Source: an uncultured Actinomycetota bacterium
Lineage (GTDB): Bacteria; Actinomycetota; Actinomycetes; JAHEKZ01
Direction of reading: 5' to 3'
Assembly: GCA_963743915.1 (NCBI GenBank)
Contig: CAVURN010000005.1
Coordinates: 32,001 to 96,000 of the forward strand
Length of the DNA stretch: 64,000 bases
Positions within the stretch are counted from its first letter, which is position 1. Each line of letters begins with the position of its first letter. Shown here piece after piece: positions 31,887 through 41,310 of this stretch. The translations under genes and the position numbers were made by a program. Under the pieces are notes generated by a model. It did no database searches. It saw only the letters and a list, made by a program, of their open reading frames with translations, and was not told the origin of the DNA.

Positions 31887-31943
31887 CCGGTTGGGGAGTC
31901 CGCCCGCTTCCTCGGTAGACTTCAGCCGGCCTTCACGGCCGAT

Positions 31944-32020
31944 GGTGGGTGTAGCTCAGCTGGTAGAGCACCTGGTTGTGGTCCAGGGGGTCGCGGGTTC
32001 GAGTCCCGTCACTCACCCCA
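31944..32020 (+). tRNA. tRNA-His(GTG)
   Basis: G-1, acceptor stem GTGGGTG/CACTCAC, anticodon GTG, encoded CCA. Confidence 0.95.
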
Positions 32021-32201
32021 AGTCGTCCCCGCGGCGACCCGCGTACCGGTCACGACGCTCACGCTTGAGGCGGTGCAGGGGGTCGACGTCGTCGTCGAGC
32101 TGCGCCGGCCCGAAGAAGAACAGGCCGAGCTGGCGCACGCGGTAGCCGATCCGCCAGGGAATGTCCTCGTACCAGCGGGGACCGGGTTCGTTCGTCTCCA
32201 T
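32013..32201 (-). CDS. small hypothetical protein
   Basis: AAAGGG RBS; METNEPGPRWYEDIPWRIGY...FFGPAQL; stop codon lies inside the tRNA-His 3' end. Confidence 0.5.
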   Translation of the reverse strand: METNEPGPRWYEDIPWRIGYRVRQLGLFFFGPAQLDDDVDPLHRLKRERRDRYAGRRGDDLG

Positions 32202-32242
32202 GGGTCGTCCCCTTTCTCGGAGCCGAGCCACGCCTTCGGGGG

Positions 32243-34993
32243 TCAGCCGTCGGTCACGCGGCCCGAGACCGGCGCACCGACCGGGTTGCCGAGCTCATCG
32301 CTCATCTCGAGCGTCAGCCACTCAGCCCCTTCGGTCAAGTCGTCGGCCACCGTCGGCACCCTCAGGGACGCCGACGTGGTCTGCTCGGGCAGGTAGAGGA
32401 CCAGCTGCAGACCGAGCTCGTGCAGCGTGACGGGAGAGTCGGGAACTGGCGCCTGGCGCCGTAGCCACCTTCGCGGCACGTCGGCGCTGCCGAGCTCGGC
32501 CCGATCGGCGGGGTCGGGCACGGCGGACGCCACCACGACGTAGCCGTAGTCGGCCGGCGCGCTGAGCTCGATGCGCCAGCGGAGCGCCGCGCCCTCTGTG
32601 ACGTCGGTGGCCAGCGGGGTCACTGACACCACCGGGGCGGGGTCGTCGTCCACGACCACGGCCCGTCCGAAGGGAGTCCGCACGACCAAGTTCCGGACGG
32701 CGTACGCCTTCACCGTCCAGGCCCGACGGTCGATGTCGTCACGGGTGTCACCCTCGAACGGGAATCGCAGCACCTCACGGGTGTCGCCCGGTTCGAAACG
32801 CACCCGCTCGACGCTGGTCGCGCCGTCCGGGGACAGCACCTCGAGGGACGCGACCGTCACCACGTCGGACGCGGTGTCGAGCACCAGAGGCAACCGTGCG
32901 ACGCCGGCACCGTCGCCCTCGGGTGTCTCCACGATCGGGACGTCGAGGCGGGGAAGCCGGGCAGTGGGGAGCGCACTCAGCCCGGGCCGGTAACCACTGA
33001 GATCGAGCACCCAGACTCGGCCACGGTCACTTCTCGCGACCACCCCCGCTGCTGTGATCTCCGAGGCATCGAAGCGGCCGACCTGCGGCAGCCGCGCCCG
33101 GAGTGTCTGGCCCCACACCTGCCCACCGCCCTGCCCACCGGGGAGCGGAAGGAGGCGAGGGGTCTCCAGGGTGAGGACCCGCCCGGCGCTGTCGACGAGC
33201 CGCAGCGCAAGGTCGACCGGGCCATGCTCGGGGTCCAGCGCCACCCGAGCCTCGATCGCTCGGTGCTCGGAGAGGTCGAGCGGCTCCCGCAACGACAGCA
33301 GGGCGCGCCCCTGCCCGCCTGCCCAGCGCAGCTCCATGGCCGGCGCCGCAGGGACACTGGAACCCCACCAGGCGCTGGGCCAGTGCGGCGTCATGATCGG
33401 GTCACGCCCGCGTCCGCACAGGTCGGCGTCCCCCGCCCCGGTACGCCCCTCGCAGAGCGAGGCACCGTCGCTGCCGACAACCCGCCCGTCGAGGCCCGGC
33501 CGGACCGTGACGCGCTCCCCGCCGAGTGCTGCAACCCGAACGTCGAGCCCAGCGGTCGAGGGTGCGGTGACACCGGTTCCGTCGATCATGCGCAGGGCCG
33601 CGGGTGCCTCGCGCAGCACGGCCTCGGCCGAAGCGGTCACGTAGGTCTTCGCCACCTGACGCTGCTCGGCGGCGGCGATCCGCGTCGGGGAGTCGGCCCG
33701 GCACTCCGGTCGGCGAATGGCGTCGTCGCGCGCGTTGGCCGTGGCGAGGCCGGGCGTCCACTCGGTGTTGAAGAAGTTGTGGTTGCCGCCGACCACCGCG
33801 ATCGCAGAACGGAGCGCAGGGTCGTCGGCGACATCCCGAGGACGGTCGACAAAGACCTGACCGTCCAGCGACACCACGTCGCCGTCGCAGGTGGGCAGCA
33901 GGGTGGTCGTCGGTGTGTACGCAGGTGTCTGGCGCAGGGCAGCCGTCGGTGCCAGCGCCACGGTGCCTGCGACGCGCCACGGTGCCGAGGCGTTGGCGTC
34001 GATGGCGACCCGCTGCACTCCCTCGCCGCCACGACTGTGGCCGATGAGCAGAACCTTCTGCAGATCGACCCTTCCCTCCCAGGGCCCGCCCGGGGCAGCC
34101 CACTGCGACCACAGGTTCAGGTGTCGGCGCACGAGCACGGACCGGGCGGCCGTCCCGCCGTCCTCGGTGGGGGTGTCCTGCGCGTTGATGCCGTTCGCCG
34201 AGATCGACACGGTGACGAACCCGCGTGAGGCCAGGTGTCGCTGCAGGTAGGTGAAGCCTCGATGGCTCGGCACGGCCTCCGTGCCGTCCGGACAGGGCCA
34301 GGCGACGCTGAGGCGGCCGGTCTCAGGTCGGTAGCACGTCTCGTGCCGTCCGTGCAGCAGCACCACGAGCGGACGTGCTCCCGCGGCGTCGACCGGCGCC
34401 ACCACCTGGGCGAGCATCTCGACCGGCTCGGGCAGGTCGAGGACCGTGCGGCTCGCGCGGCGGTAGCTCGTGACGGCGACGTCGAAGCGGCCAGCGGCTC
34501 CCGGGTCAGAGGTGCGCGTCACCGTGCGCAGCGACGACTGCCTGGACGTGCGCGACGGGGTGGGGTCCACTTCCGGTGCGCCCGTGAGCGGCATGCCCCC
34601 GGACCAGACGGCGAGCTCGGGGGCGTCCGTGGAGGCGAGCGTCGCCAGCTGCTCCGGTGTCACCCGTGCTGAGACGGTGCGCTGGTCGCGGCGCAGGCCT
34701 GCGGGCGCCAGTGGGCGTCCCTCGAGACGCACCTCCAGCGTCGCGTCGCCCCAGGGCAGGCGCTCCGGGGACCGCCAGTGCAGCACCGGTCCCGCGCTGG
34801 TCGTGCCCAGCGTCCAGCCCAGAGGCAGCGCCAGGGCCGCAGCTCCCCCGGCCGGCATGGCCTGAGCAGGCACCAGAGCACCGCTGGAGACGGTGAGCAC
34901 GGTGGCAATGAGGGCGGTCAGCAGCAGTCGAAAGCGCGAAGTCCACGTCACCCGAAGGACTCTAGAGCGGCGGATCTGCCGGGCGCGCGCCAT
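32243..34993 (-). CDS. secreted alpha/beta hydrolase with C-terminal Calx-beta-like domains
   Basis: Signal peptide; LLHGRH, GHSRGG, GGNHNFFN; VDDD and TVADDLTEG motifs. Confidence 0.8.
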   Translation of the reverse strand: MARARQIRRSRVLRVTWTSRFRLLLTALIATVLTVSSGALVPAQAMPAGGAAALALPLGWTLGTTSAGPVLHWRSPERLPWGDATLEVRLEGRPLAPAGLRRDQRTVSARVTPEQLATLASTDAPELAVWSGGMPLTGAPEVDPTPSRTSRQSSLRTVTRTSDPGAAGRFDVAVTSYRRASRTVLDLPEPVEMLAQVVAPVDAAGARPLVVLLHGRHETCYRPETGRLSVAWPCPDGTEAVPSHRGFTYLQRHLASRGFVTVSISANGINAQDTPTEDGGTAARSVLVRRHLNLWSQWAAPGGPWEGRVDLQKVLLIGHSRGGEGVQRVAIDANASAPWRVAGTVALAPTAALRQTPAYTPTTTLLPTCDGDVVSLDGQVFVDRPRDVADDPALRSAIAVVGGNHNFFNTEWTPGLATANARDDAIRRPECRADSPTRIAAAEQRQVAKTYVTASAEAVLREAPAALRMIDGTGVTAPSTAGLDVRVAALGGERVTVRPGLDGRVVGSDGASLCEGRTGAGDADLCGRGRDPIMTPHWPSAWWGSSVPAAPAMELRWAGGQGRALLSLREPLDLSEHRAIEARVALDPEHGPVDLALRLVDSAGRVLTLETPRLLPLPGGQGGGQVWGQTLRARLPQVGRFDASEITAAGVVARSDRGRVWVLDLSGYRPGLSALPTARLPRLDVPIVETPEGDGAGVARLPLVLDTASDVVTVASLEVLSPDGATSVERVRFEPGDTREVLRFPFEGDTRDDIDRRAWTVKAYAVRNLVVRTPFGRAVVVDDDPAPVVSVTPLATDVTEGAALRWRIELSAPADYGYVVVASAVPDPADRAELGSADVPRRWLRRQAPVPDSPVTLHELGLQLVLYLPEQTTSASLRVPTVADDLTEGAEWLTLEMSDELGNPVGAPVSGRVTDG

Positions 34994-35140
34994 TTCTTCC
35001 GCGCCCCTCCCTCCGATTGCGCCATTCGTGGCCCCAGCGTTGCCGTGCCGCCAGAGCCGTCCTAAGGAACGGTTAACGCGCTTCGTTCCGAGGGTGAGGA
35101 AGGCGATGGTCGTGGTGTCCGCCCCTTCCCAGGAGGAGAA

Positions 35141-35650
35141 ATGAACCCAGCAACTCGGATCGCCGCCATCATCGGTGTGTCAACACTGACCTTGGCCGGA
35201 GCCGGCATCGCGCTCGCGACGGTCGGGCAGGCGTCGTCCGCGTCCACCGACGCGCCCGCGGAGACGCCTGTTGCCGCCACCCAGAACGACGGACCGAACC
35301 TGAACGCACTGGCTCGCGAGCTGGACCGGCTGGACGACCGCTCCTCGCACCTGGCCGCCCTGTTGGCCGGTACCCGGGCCCGGGCCGACCAGGTCGCCGC
35401 GCGGAACAGCACCGCCGTCACACCGGTCACGGCACCCGCGGCCCCCAGCGGCTCGTCCGGTTCGTCGTCCTCCGCCGGTGACGACGACTCCGACGACTCG
35501 TCCCACGGCTCGACCGGCGCGTACCAGGACGACGACCGCGATGAGGGCTACGACGACGACGCGTACGAGGACGACAGCGACGACGACGGCGAGGACCACA
35601 GCGAGGACAGCGAGGACGAGGACCACGAGGACGAGAGCCATGACGACTAG
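35141..35650 (+). CDS. exported coiled-coil protein with Ser-rich linker and Asp/Glu/His-rich tail
   Basis: Strong RBS GGAGGAG; N-terminal hydrophobic segment. Confidence 0.7.
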   Translation: MNPATRIAAIIGVSTLTLAGAGIALATVGQASSASTDAPAETPVAATQNDGPNLNALARELDRLDDRSSHLAALLAGTRARADQVAARNSTAVTPVTAPAAPSGSSGSSSSAGDDDSDDSSHGSTGAYQDDDRDEGYDDDAYEDDSDDDGEDHSEDSEDEDHEDESHDD

Positions 35651-36132
35651 TCGCCTCTCTCCCCTGGTCCTCACCGCACCAGCAGCGGCTGTGGCGGTCG
35701 TGGTCGTGACCGGCTGGGCAACTACGGGTGCCGACGCGGAGTCCGCGAACCCGGCGCCCGCACCCGCTCCTGCCGCCAAGGTCGTGAATGCCGCACGTCA
35801 CGACGCCTCGGAGGCGCGCGTACTGAGCAAGGCGATCCACGCCGAGCGGGCAGAGATCCGCAAGCTCCAGCACGCACTTGACCGCGCGCGCAAGCGACTC
35901 GCGGCCGAGCAGCGGCAGAGCAACGTCGTCGTCGCGGCGGCGCCGAGCACCAGCTCGTGGAGCTCCGTCCGGATCGTCCGGATCGAGCTCGTCCGGCTCG
36001 GGCGGGTCGTCCGGCTCCTCGAGCTCGTCCGGTTCGAGCTCGTCGGGGTCGTCCGGCTCAGGCGGGTCGTCCGGCTCGGGCGGGAGCACCAGCAGCCAAC
36101 CCTCGACGAACACGACCACCGCGGGGTCGTGA
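35640..36132 (+). CDS. exported coiled-coil protein with long Ser/Gly tail ending TTTAGS (frameshift near 35958)
   Basis: Signal-like N-terminus; tail in frame 35878-36132; TGATG overlap with apbE. Confidence 0.65.
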
Positions 36133-37085
36133 TGGGCACGGCACTCGCACCCTCGACATGGTCGCGTCACACCTTCGCGACCATGGGCACCACGGTCGTG
36201 GTCGAGCTGCCGGACGCCTCGACGGCGCCCGAGCACTTCGGGGCTGTCGAGGAGCTGTTCGACCGCGTGCAGCGCAGCTGCACCCGGTTCGACAACGGCA
36301 GCGACCTCATGCGGGCGAACGCCTCACCGGAGGAGTCCCATGAGGTCAGCCCCGAGTGCGCGGCGATCGTGGCGGAGGCACATGCCGCCTACCGCGCCAC
36401 CGAGGGTCGCTTCGACCCACGGATCCTCCCGTCGCTCGTAGCGGTCGGTTACGACCGCACGTTCGACGCTGTGAAGGAGGGCGTCGCCACCGGCCCGGTG
36501 GCGACGCCCGTCCCGGACCGGTCGGACTGGCGTCCTGCCGTCGGTGCGCGCCGAGTCACCCTCGGGCAGGACCCCATCGACCTCGGGGGCATCGGCAAGG
36601 GCTGGACCGTCGACCAGGCGAGCCGGCTGCTGGCGACTGCGCCGTCCGCGTGGCTCGTCAACGCCGGAGGCGACCTCGCGGTGCGGGGCGACGGACCGGA
36701 CGGTGACGGCTGGACCGTGGGGATCGAGGACCCTCGTGACCGCACCCTCACCCTGGCGGTGCTGCGTCTGCGCGACACCGGGTGCGCGACGTCGTCGACC
36801 GGACGACGCACGTGGCTGCAGGACGGCGAGCGACGTCACCACCTGATCGACCCACGGACCGGGATGCCCACGACGTCCGGTCTGCAGTCCGTCACCGTCG
36901 TCGCCGACTCGACGATGACCGCCGAGGTGTGGAGCAAGGCCCTGCTCATCGCCGGCGTCTACGAGGTCATGGACCTCTGCGAGGAGAAGGGACTGGCCGC
37001 CTACTGGGTCACCGACGACGGCTACACCGGATCCAGCGTGGCGATGCGTCCGTACCTGGTGTGGGAGAGAGGACACGATGTCTGA
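36132..37085 (+). CDS. apbE: FAD:protein FMN transferase
   Basis: FATMGT, DLGGIGKG, VNAGGD, ATSS, HHLIDPRTG. Confidence 0.93.
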   Translation: MGTALAPSTWSRHTFATMGTTVVVELPDASTAPEHFGAVEELFDRVQRSCTRFDNGSDLMRANASPEESHEVSPECAAIVAEAHAAYRATEGRFDPRILPSLVAVGYDRTFDAVKEGVATGPVATPVPDRSDWRPAVGARRVTLGQDPIDLGGIGKGWTVDQASRLLATAPSAWLVNAGGDLAVRGDGPDGDGWTVGIEDPRDRTLTLAVLRLRDTGCATSSTGRRTWLQDGERRHHLIDPRTGMPTTSGLQSVTVVADSTMTAEVWSKALLIAGVYEVMDLCEEKGLAAYWVTDDGYTGSSVAMRPYLVWERGHDV

Positions 37086-37755
37086 GGTGGTCGAGCTGCC
37101 GACGAACCACAGCACCTGGCGACCGTGGGCGAACGCCGCGGCCGTGGTCACCAGTGCCGTCGCCGCAGGGTGGGCGACCGGGTGGGTCGCCGTCCATGTC
37201 GCCAGTGCTGAGCACCCCAAGTGGCTGCTGGCGCGGGTGTCGGGCGTCGCGGCGCTGCTGATGCTCACCGCGCTCGTGATGCTCGGGCTGCTCCTGGCGC
37301 ATCCGCGTGGCACGGCGCTGCGCTCACTTCCGCGCGCGACCATGCTCCGCGTCCACGTGGGGCTTGCCGCGTTCACCGCCGTCTTCACGACGCTGCACGT
37401 GGTCGTGCTGGCCCTCGACCCGTGGGCCGGGGTCGGCTGGGCGGGGGTGTTCCTCCCCCTGGGTGCGGAGTACCGCCCGCTGCCCGTGACACTGGGCTGG
37501 CTCTCCCTCTACGCGGGTCTGGCCGCAGGACTGACGGCGCGGTTCGCCGGTCAGCTCGGTCGGATCTGGTTCCCCCTGCACCGTGTCACCCTCGCCACCT
37601 ATGCGCTGGTGTGGGCGCACGGCGTCTGGACCGGCAGCGACACCGGCGCACTGCTTCCCCTGTACGCCGCATCCGCTGTCCTCGTCGTCACCACTGCCAT
37701 CAGCCGCTACGCCGCGTCACCGATCCGGACCTCGCTCGGGGGGGCCCGGCCATGA
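37078..37755 (+). CDS. ferric reductase-like (MsrQ-type) heme b membrane protein
   Basis: WLLARVSG; four His in TM helices; GSD. Confidence 0.8.
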   Translation: MSEVVELPTNHSTWRPWANAAAVVTSAVAAGWATGWVAVHVASAEHPKWLLARVSGVAALLMLTALVMLGLLLAHPRGTALRSLPRATMLRVHVGLAAFTAVFTTLHVVVLALDPWAGVGWAGVFLPLGAEYRPLPVTLGWLSLYAGLAAGLTARFAGQLGRIWFPLHRVTLATYALVWAHGVWTGSDTGALLPLYAASAVLVVTTAISRYAASPIRTSLGGARP

Positions 37756-38960
37756 GCGCGATTCTCGAGGGGCCGATCGCCATCGGTGGGGACGGAACGG
37801 CGCACGCCCAGGGGCACACGCTCCAGGAGCATCTCGCCACCTTCGGGTCGGCTCCCGACCGTCACGACCTGCTCGACCGCGTGCACGAGGCTGAGCTGCT
37901 CGGTCATGGTGGCGCGTTCTTCCCCGTCGCCCGCAAGTGGCAGACCGCCCTGACCGCTGGGGGTCGCGGCATCGTCGTCGCGAACGGCGCCGAGAGCGAG
38001 CCCGTGAGCGCCAAGGACGCCGCTCTGCTGCAGGTGCGCACGCACCTGGTGCTCGACGGCGTCACAGCTACTGCGCGCGCCACTGGTAGCACCGGAGCCA
38101 TCATCTGGCTGCACCGCGGCGCCCGGCACAGCCGGGTCGCGGTCGAGCGTGCCCTGCACGAGCGCCTGGCCAGCGGTGTCCTCGACGTCCCGATCCAGAT
38201 CGTCGAGGGGCCCGACGGCTATCTCAGCGGTGAGTCAAGCGCGATCGTCCGCGCGCTCTCCGGCGGCCCCGCCCTGCCGATCGTGCGCGGCGTCCCTGCC
38301 GCGGTCCGTGGCGTCTCCGACCGCCCGACTGTGGTGCACAACGTCGAGACACTGGCGCGGGTGGCCCTTGTCGCGCGCGGGGCGGATCTGGACAGCGGCC
38401 ACCGGCTGATGACCGTCGCCACCTCCGGACGTCGCGTCGTCACCGAGGTGCCGGCCGACCGACTGCTGGCCGACCTGCTGACGGAGACCCACGGCACCGC
38501 GGATCTGCGCGCGGTGCTCCTCGGCGGCTACGGCGGGACGTGGCGATCCTGGAGTGACGTCGCCGCCCGCAGCGTGGACACGCTGCAGCCCGCGGCCAGC
38601 GCGGGCATCGCGCTGGGCCTGCCCACCGACGGCTGCGGCCTCCATCTGTCGGCCAAGATCCTGCGGTACCTCGCGGCGTCCAGCGCCCGCCAGTGCGGCC
38701 CGTGCCTCTTCGGTCTCGACGAGCTGGCCGATGTGATGGACCGGGTGGCGTCGGGACGCGGACGTAGGTCCGACCTCGATCGTCTCGACCGCATCGCTGC
38801 ACAGGTCGCGGGACGCGGGGGCTGCCACCACCCCGACGGCGCGCTGCGCATGCTCGAGTCGGCACTCGACGTGTTCGCTGCTGATCTCGCCATGCACCGC
38901 CGCGGCCGTCGGTGCACCCTGCGACACGACGCCTTGGTCTCCCTTCCGGAGGTGGCCTGA
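37752..38960 (+). CDS. NuoF-like NADH-binding FMN/4Fe-4S oxidoreductase
   Basis: GHGGAFFP..KW, NGAESEP...KD, YLSGESSA, HNVETL, QCGPC, CHHPDG. Confidence 0.88.
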   Translation: MSAILEGPIAIGGDGTAHAQGHTLQEHLATFGSAPDRHDLLDRVHEAELLGHGGAFFPVARKWQTALTAGGRGIVVANGAESEPVSAKDAALLQVRTHLVLDGVTATARATGSTGAIIWLHRGARHSRVAVERALHERLASGVLDVPIQIVEGPDGYLSGESSAIVRALSGGPALPIVRGVPAAVRGVSDRPTVVHNVETLARVALVARGADLDSGHRLMTVATSGRRVVTEVPADRLLADLLTETHGTADLRAVLLGGYGGTWRSWSDVAARSVDTLQPAASAGIALGLPTDGCGLHLSAKILRYLAASSARQCGPCLFGLDELADVMDRVASGRGRRSDLDRLDRIAAQVAGRGGCHHPDGALRMLESALDVFAADLAMHRRGRRCTLRHDALVSLPEVA

Positions 38961-38961
38961 G

Positions 38962-39195
38962 ATGACCCGCCAGACGACTACGCAGCCGCAGCTGCGCATC
39001 GACGCCACCCGGTGCGACGGGGTCGGCATGTGTGCCCTCGTCGCACCTGACCTCGTGACGCTCGACGCGTGGGGGTTTCCGGTGATCGCCGACGTGGCCG
39101 AGCTCGTCGCGTCCGGCCAGATCACCGAGCGTCAGGCGCGAGTGCAGGCCCGTCGCGCGGTTCGGGCGTGTCCGCATCGGGTGTTGAGTGATTGA
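38962..39195 (+). CDS. ferredoxin
   Basis: CDGVGMC...ACP. Confidence 0.85.
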   Translation: MTRQTTTQPQLRIDATRCDGVGMCALVAPDLVTLDAWGFPVIADVAELVASGQITERQARVQARRAVRACPHRVLSD

Positions 39196-39316
39196 TCCGC
39201 CGAGCGGGGGATCTGTGGTCCCTCGCAAGGGTGAGCGGTGACGTACGACACACCCGTTCGGTTCAGCAAGCGCGCCACCGCCCTCACCGAACCAGAAGAT
39301 GTGATCAAGCGAACGC

Positions 39317-39499
39317 TTGACGGCGTACGAAGGGGGGTCGGCAGTGATGGTGATGGCTCTGCTGCAGGACCACGTGCCGCTGTCCTTGCTCTACGACCTG
39401 TGGAACCCCGACGGCCCGGAGTCGTGGGAGATCCTCGCCGTGGAGCGCGGATGGCTGGACCCGCGCAGCCTCGACCGGTCGACGCTCGTCGGCGTCTGA
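39317..39499 (+). CDS. PLSLLxDL microprotein (paralog of 49922-50128; start probably near 39344)
   Basis: HVPLSLLYDLWNPDGPESWEILAVE; RBS GAAGGGGG. Confidence 0.65.
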   Translation: MTAYEGGSAVMVMALLQDHVPLSLLYDLWNPDGPESWEILAVERGWLDPRSLDRSTLVGV

Positions 39500-39585
39500 G
39501 GCCGATTTCTGAGGCACCGGATCCCGCTGCTAGAGTCTCCTCTGCTCCGCCGGACGTTCGCGTCAGCAGTAGTCGGCAGGGCACC

Positions 39586-39658
39586 GCGCCGCTAGCTCAA
39601 CTGGCAGAGCAGCGGACTCTTAATCCGCGGGTTCGGGGTTCGAGTCCCTGGCGGCGCA
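39586..39658 (+). tRNA. tRNA-Lys(CTT)
   Basis: Acceptor stem GCGCCGC/GCGGCGC; anticodon loop CTCTTAA. Confidence 0.95.
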
Positions 39659-39668
39659 CCCGTTTCGA

Positions 39669-39763
39669 TGTTTGGTTCCGGCTGATGCGTGACGTTTTGG
39701 CTCCGGCTGTCAGGTGACATGGCTTCGCCTGATGGGTGACGGTGGCTCCGCCTGATCGGTGAC
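39669..39763 (+). mobile_element. orphan transposon end: 5'-TGT followed by four 21-bp repeats
   Basis: Repeats at 39673, 39698, 39720 and 39743, consensus TGGCTCCGSCTGATNGGTGAC. Confidence 0.6.
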
Positions 39764-39786
39764 ACTCCGGAAGTGAGTTGAGCCTG

Positions 39787-41139
39787 TCAGAGCCGAGGTA
39801 TGACGTCAGACCAGAGAAGGACATCGCTGGAGGCGTTCGTGTCGTTCTCGACCAGGTCGCTCGCGTACGAGTGGAAGGCCACGTGCTCGCCATCGCCACT
39901 CATGGCAACGCCACCGCCGAACGCACTTGCGACGTTTCCCGGGCCATTCGGGCCTCGTGACACCAACACTGCGGTTCCGCCGACCTCAACTCGGAACGCG
40001 TCGGACACCTCATTGCCGTCGCGGCGGACGAGGTTGGTCGCCTCTGACGCGAACGCTACGTACCTACCGTCACGCGACAGTGTCGGTGCCCAGCTGTCAC
40101 CATGCGCATCGCGACCACCGACTCCCTGGGAGACGCCTGTCAGGTCGCCTGATGACAGGTCAACGACCGCCACGTCATAGAGCGCATAGCGCGGATCTGG
40201 GTCGATGCCGTCACTCCGGGATGCGAATGCCGCGACGTGTCCATTCGCGGAAATGGCGGGCGCTCCGTCACTGGTGCCACCGGGCAGGATCTTCTCCGAC
40301 CAAAGCAGTGTCGAGCCCGCCTTCGAGAGTTCACGGACGAAGAATCCACCCGGCGCCTTTGGATGACGCCCTGCCCGGCCCCACGTGAACCCGACCGTGC
40401 GGCCGTCAGCCGATATCCCACCGAGTCCGACCGCTCCTACGAAGTCCTCACCGTTGCGCTTGACCGAAACCAGCCTGGTGCTGCCGGTCGCGACGTTGTG
40501 GACGTAGACATCCTGCTGCTTCCACGTCTCTACGTCCTTCGGGTCATGGTCGTGAGCACTGAGCCGAGCCGACGTCAAGAACGCCACCCTGCTGCCGTCA
40601 GCAGAGATCACTGCCGCGTCACTGTCGCGATTTCGCTGAGTTCCGTCGGTCGCCCGCGAGACCAGGGTCAGGTCCTCCGTCACCATGTCCAGAACGAAGA
40701 CGTCGTACTTGTCACCGTTGGTGTCGTCGGACGACAGCTCTGGCGAAGCCGAAAGGAAGGCCACGTATCGCCCGTTCCTCGATACGGTCGCGCCGCTTCC
40801 GCCAACGGCAACGCCATCAGCCTCGCTGACCAGTTGAGCGGTGCCCTCCAAGGTGTCGCGCAGGAAGACGTCCTCGAGCCCATTGGTGTCGGTCGCGTCC
40901 AGCTGATTCCTCGACTGGAACACGACGAACCTGCCGTGATGCGAGACCACCGGACGGGCCGCTGGCAGTCGACTGGCCACTCCGGGTGGGTCGCCGGCGT
41001 CGCCGGCTGAGATCAGGGTGAGCGACCCCGCAGCCAAGCCCGCCGAGCGTTCACCGGCTACGGACGTGCTCAGCGGGAGCGAGCCGGCCATAACGATGAC
41101 CGAGAGACATGTGAAGAGGGTGCGGTGAAGTCTGCGCAC
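39787..41139 (-). CDS. secreted TolB-like beta-propeller protein (PD40 repeats)
   Basis: Signal peptide; repeated ISADG..VAF.S and DTNG..DVF. Confidence 0.85.
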   Translation of the reverse strand: MRRLHRTLFTCLSVIVMAGSLPLSTSVAGERSAGLAAGSLTLISAGDAGDPPGVASRLPAARPVVSHHGRFVVFQSRNQLDATDTNGLEDVFLRDTLEGTAQLVSEADGVAVGGSGATVSRNGRYVAFLSASPELSSDDTNGDKYDVFVLDMVTEDLTLVSRATDGTQRNRDSDAAVISADGSRVAFLTSARLSAHDHDPKDVETWKQQDVYVHNVATGSTRLVSVKRNGEDFVGAVGLGGISADGRTVGFTWGRAGRHPKAPGGFFVRELSKAGSTLLWSEKILPGGTSDGAPAISANGHVAAFASRSDGIDPDPRYALYDVAVVDLSSGDLTGVSQGVGGRDAHGDSWAPTLSRDGRYVAFASEATNLVRRDGNEVSDAFRVEVGGTAVLVSRGPNGPGNVASAFGGGVAMSGDGEHVAFHSYASDLVENDTNASSDVLLWSDVIPRL

Positions 41140-41310
41140 TGACGCTCCATCCTGGATCGAAAGGGATCTAGCGGTGAAGCGGACCTGCTTTGCGAGCGTA
41201 CCTGGAGGGTCAAAGCGGCCCGTCTACCGCCAGCCCCAAGGGAGAGGCTGGATCCAGATACCCGCCCCTGTTTCCCCAGTAGCCGCACGGGGGTGGACCC
41301 GGGCAGTCGT

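Noticed and set aside
35440-36090. Low-complexity TCGTCCGG and GACGAC repeats
   Set aside because: They encode Ser/Gly and Asp-rich protein tracts and are not independent DNA repeats.
35478-37085. 535-aa ORF apparently giving ApbE a long N-terminal extension
   Set aside because: A frameshift near 35958 joins two genes. The Ser/Gly frame ends in TGATG at the ApbE start.
39673-39763. Possible mini CRISPR array
   Set aside because: The repeats are separated by only 1-4 bp, so there are no spacers, and no cas genes are present.
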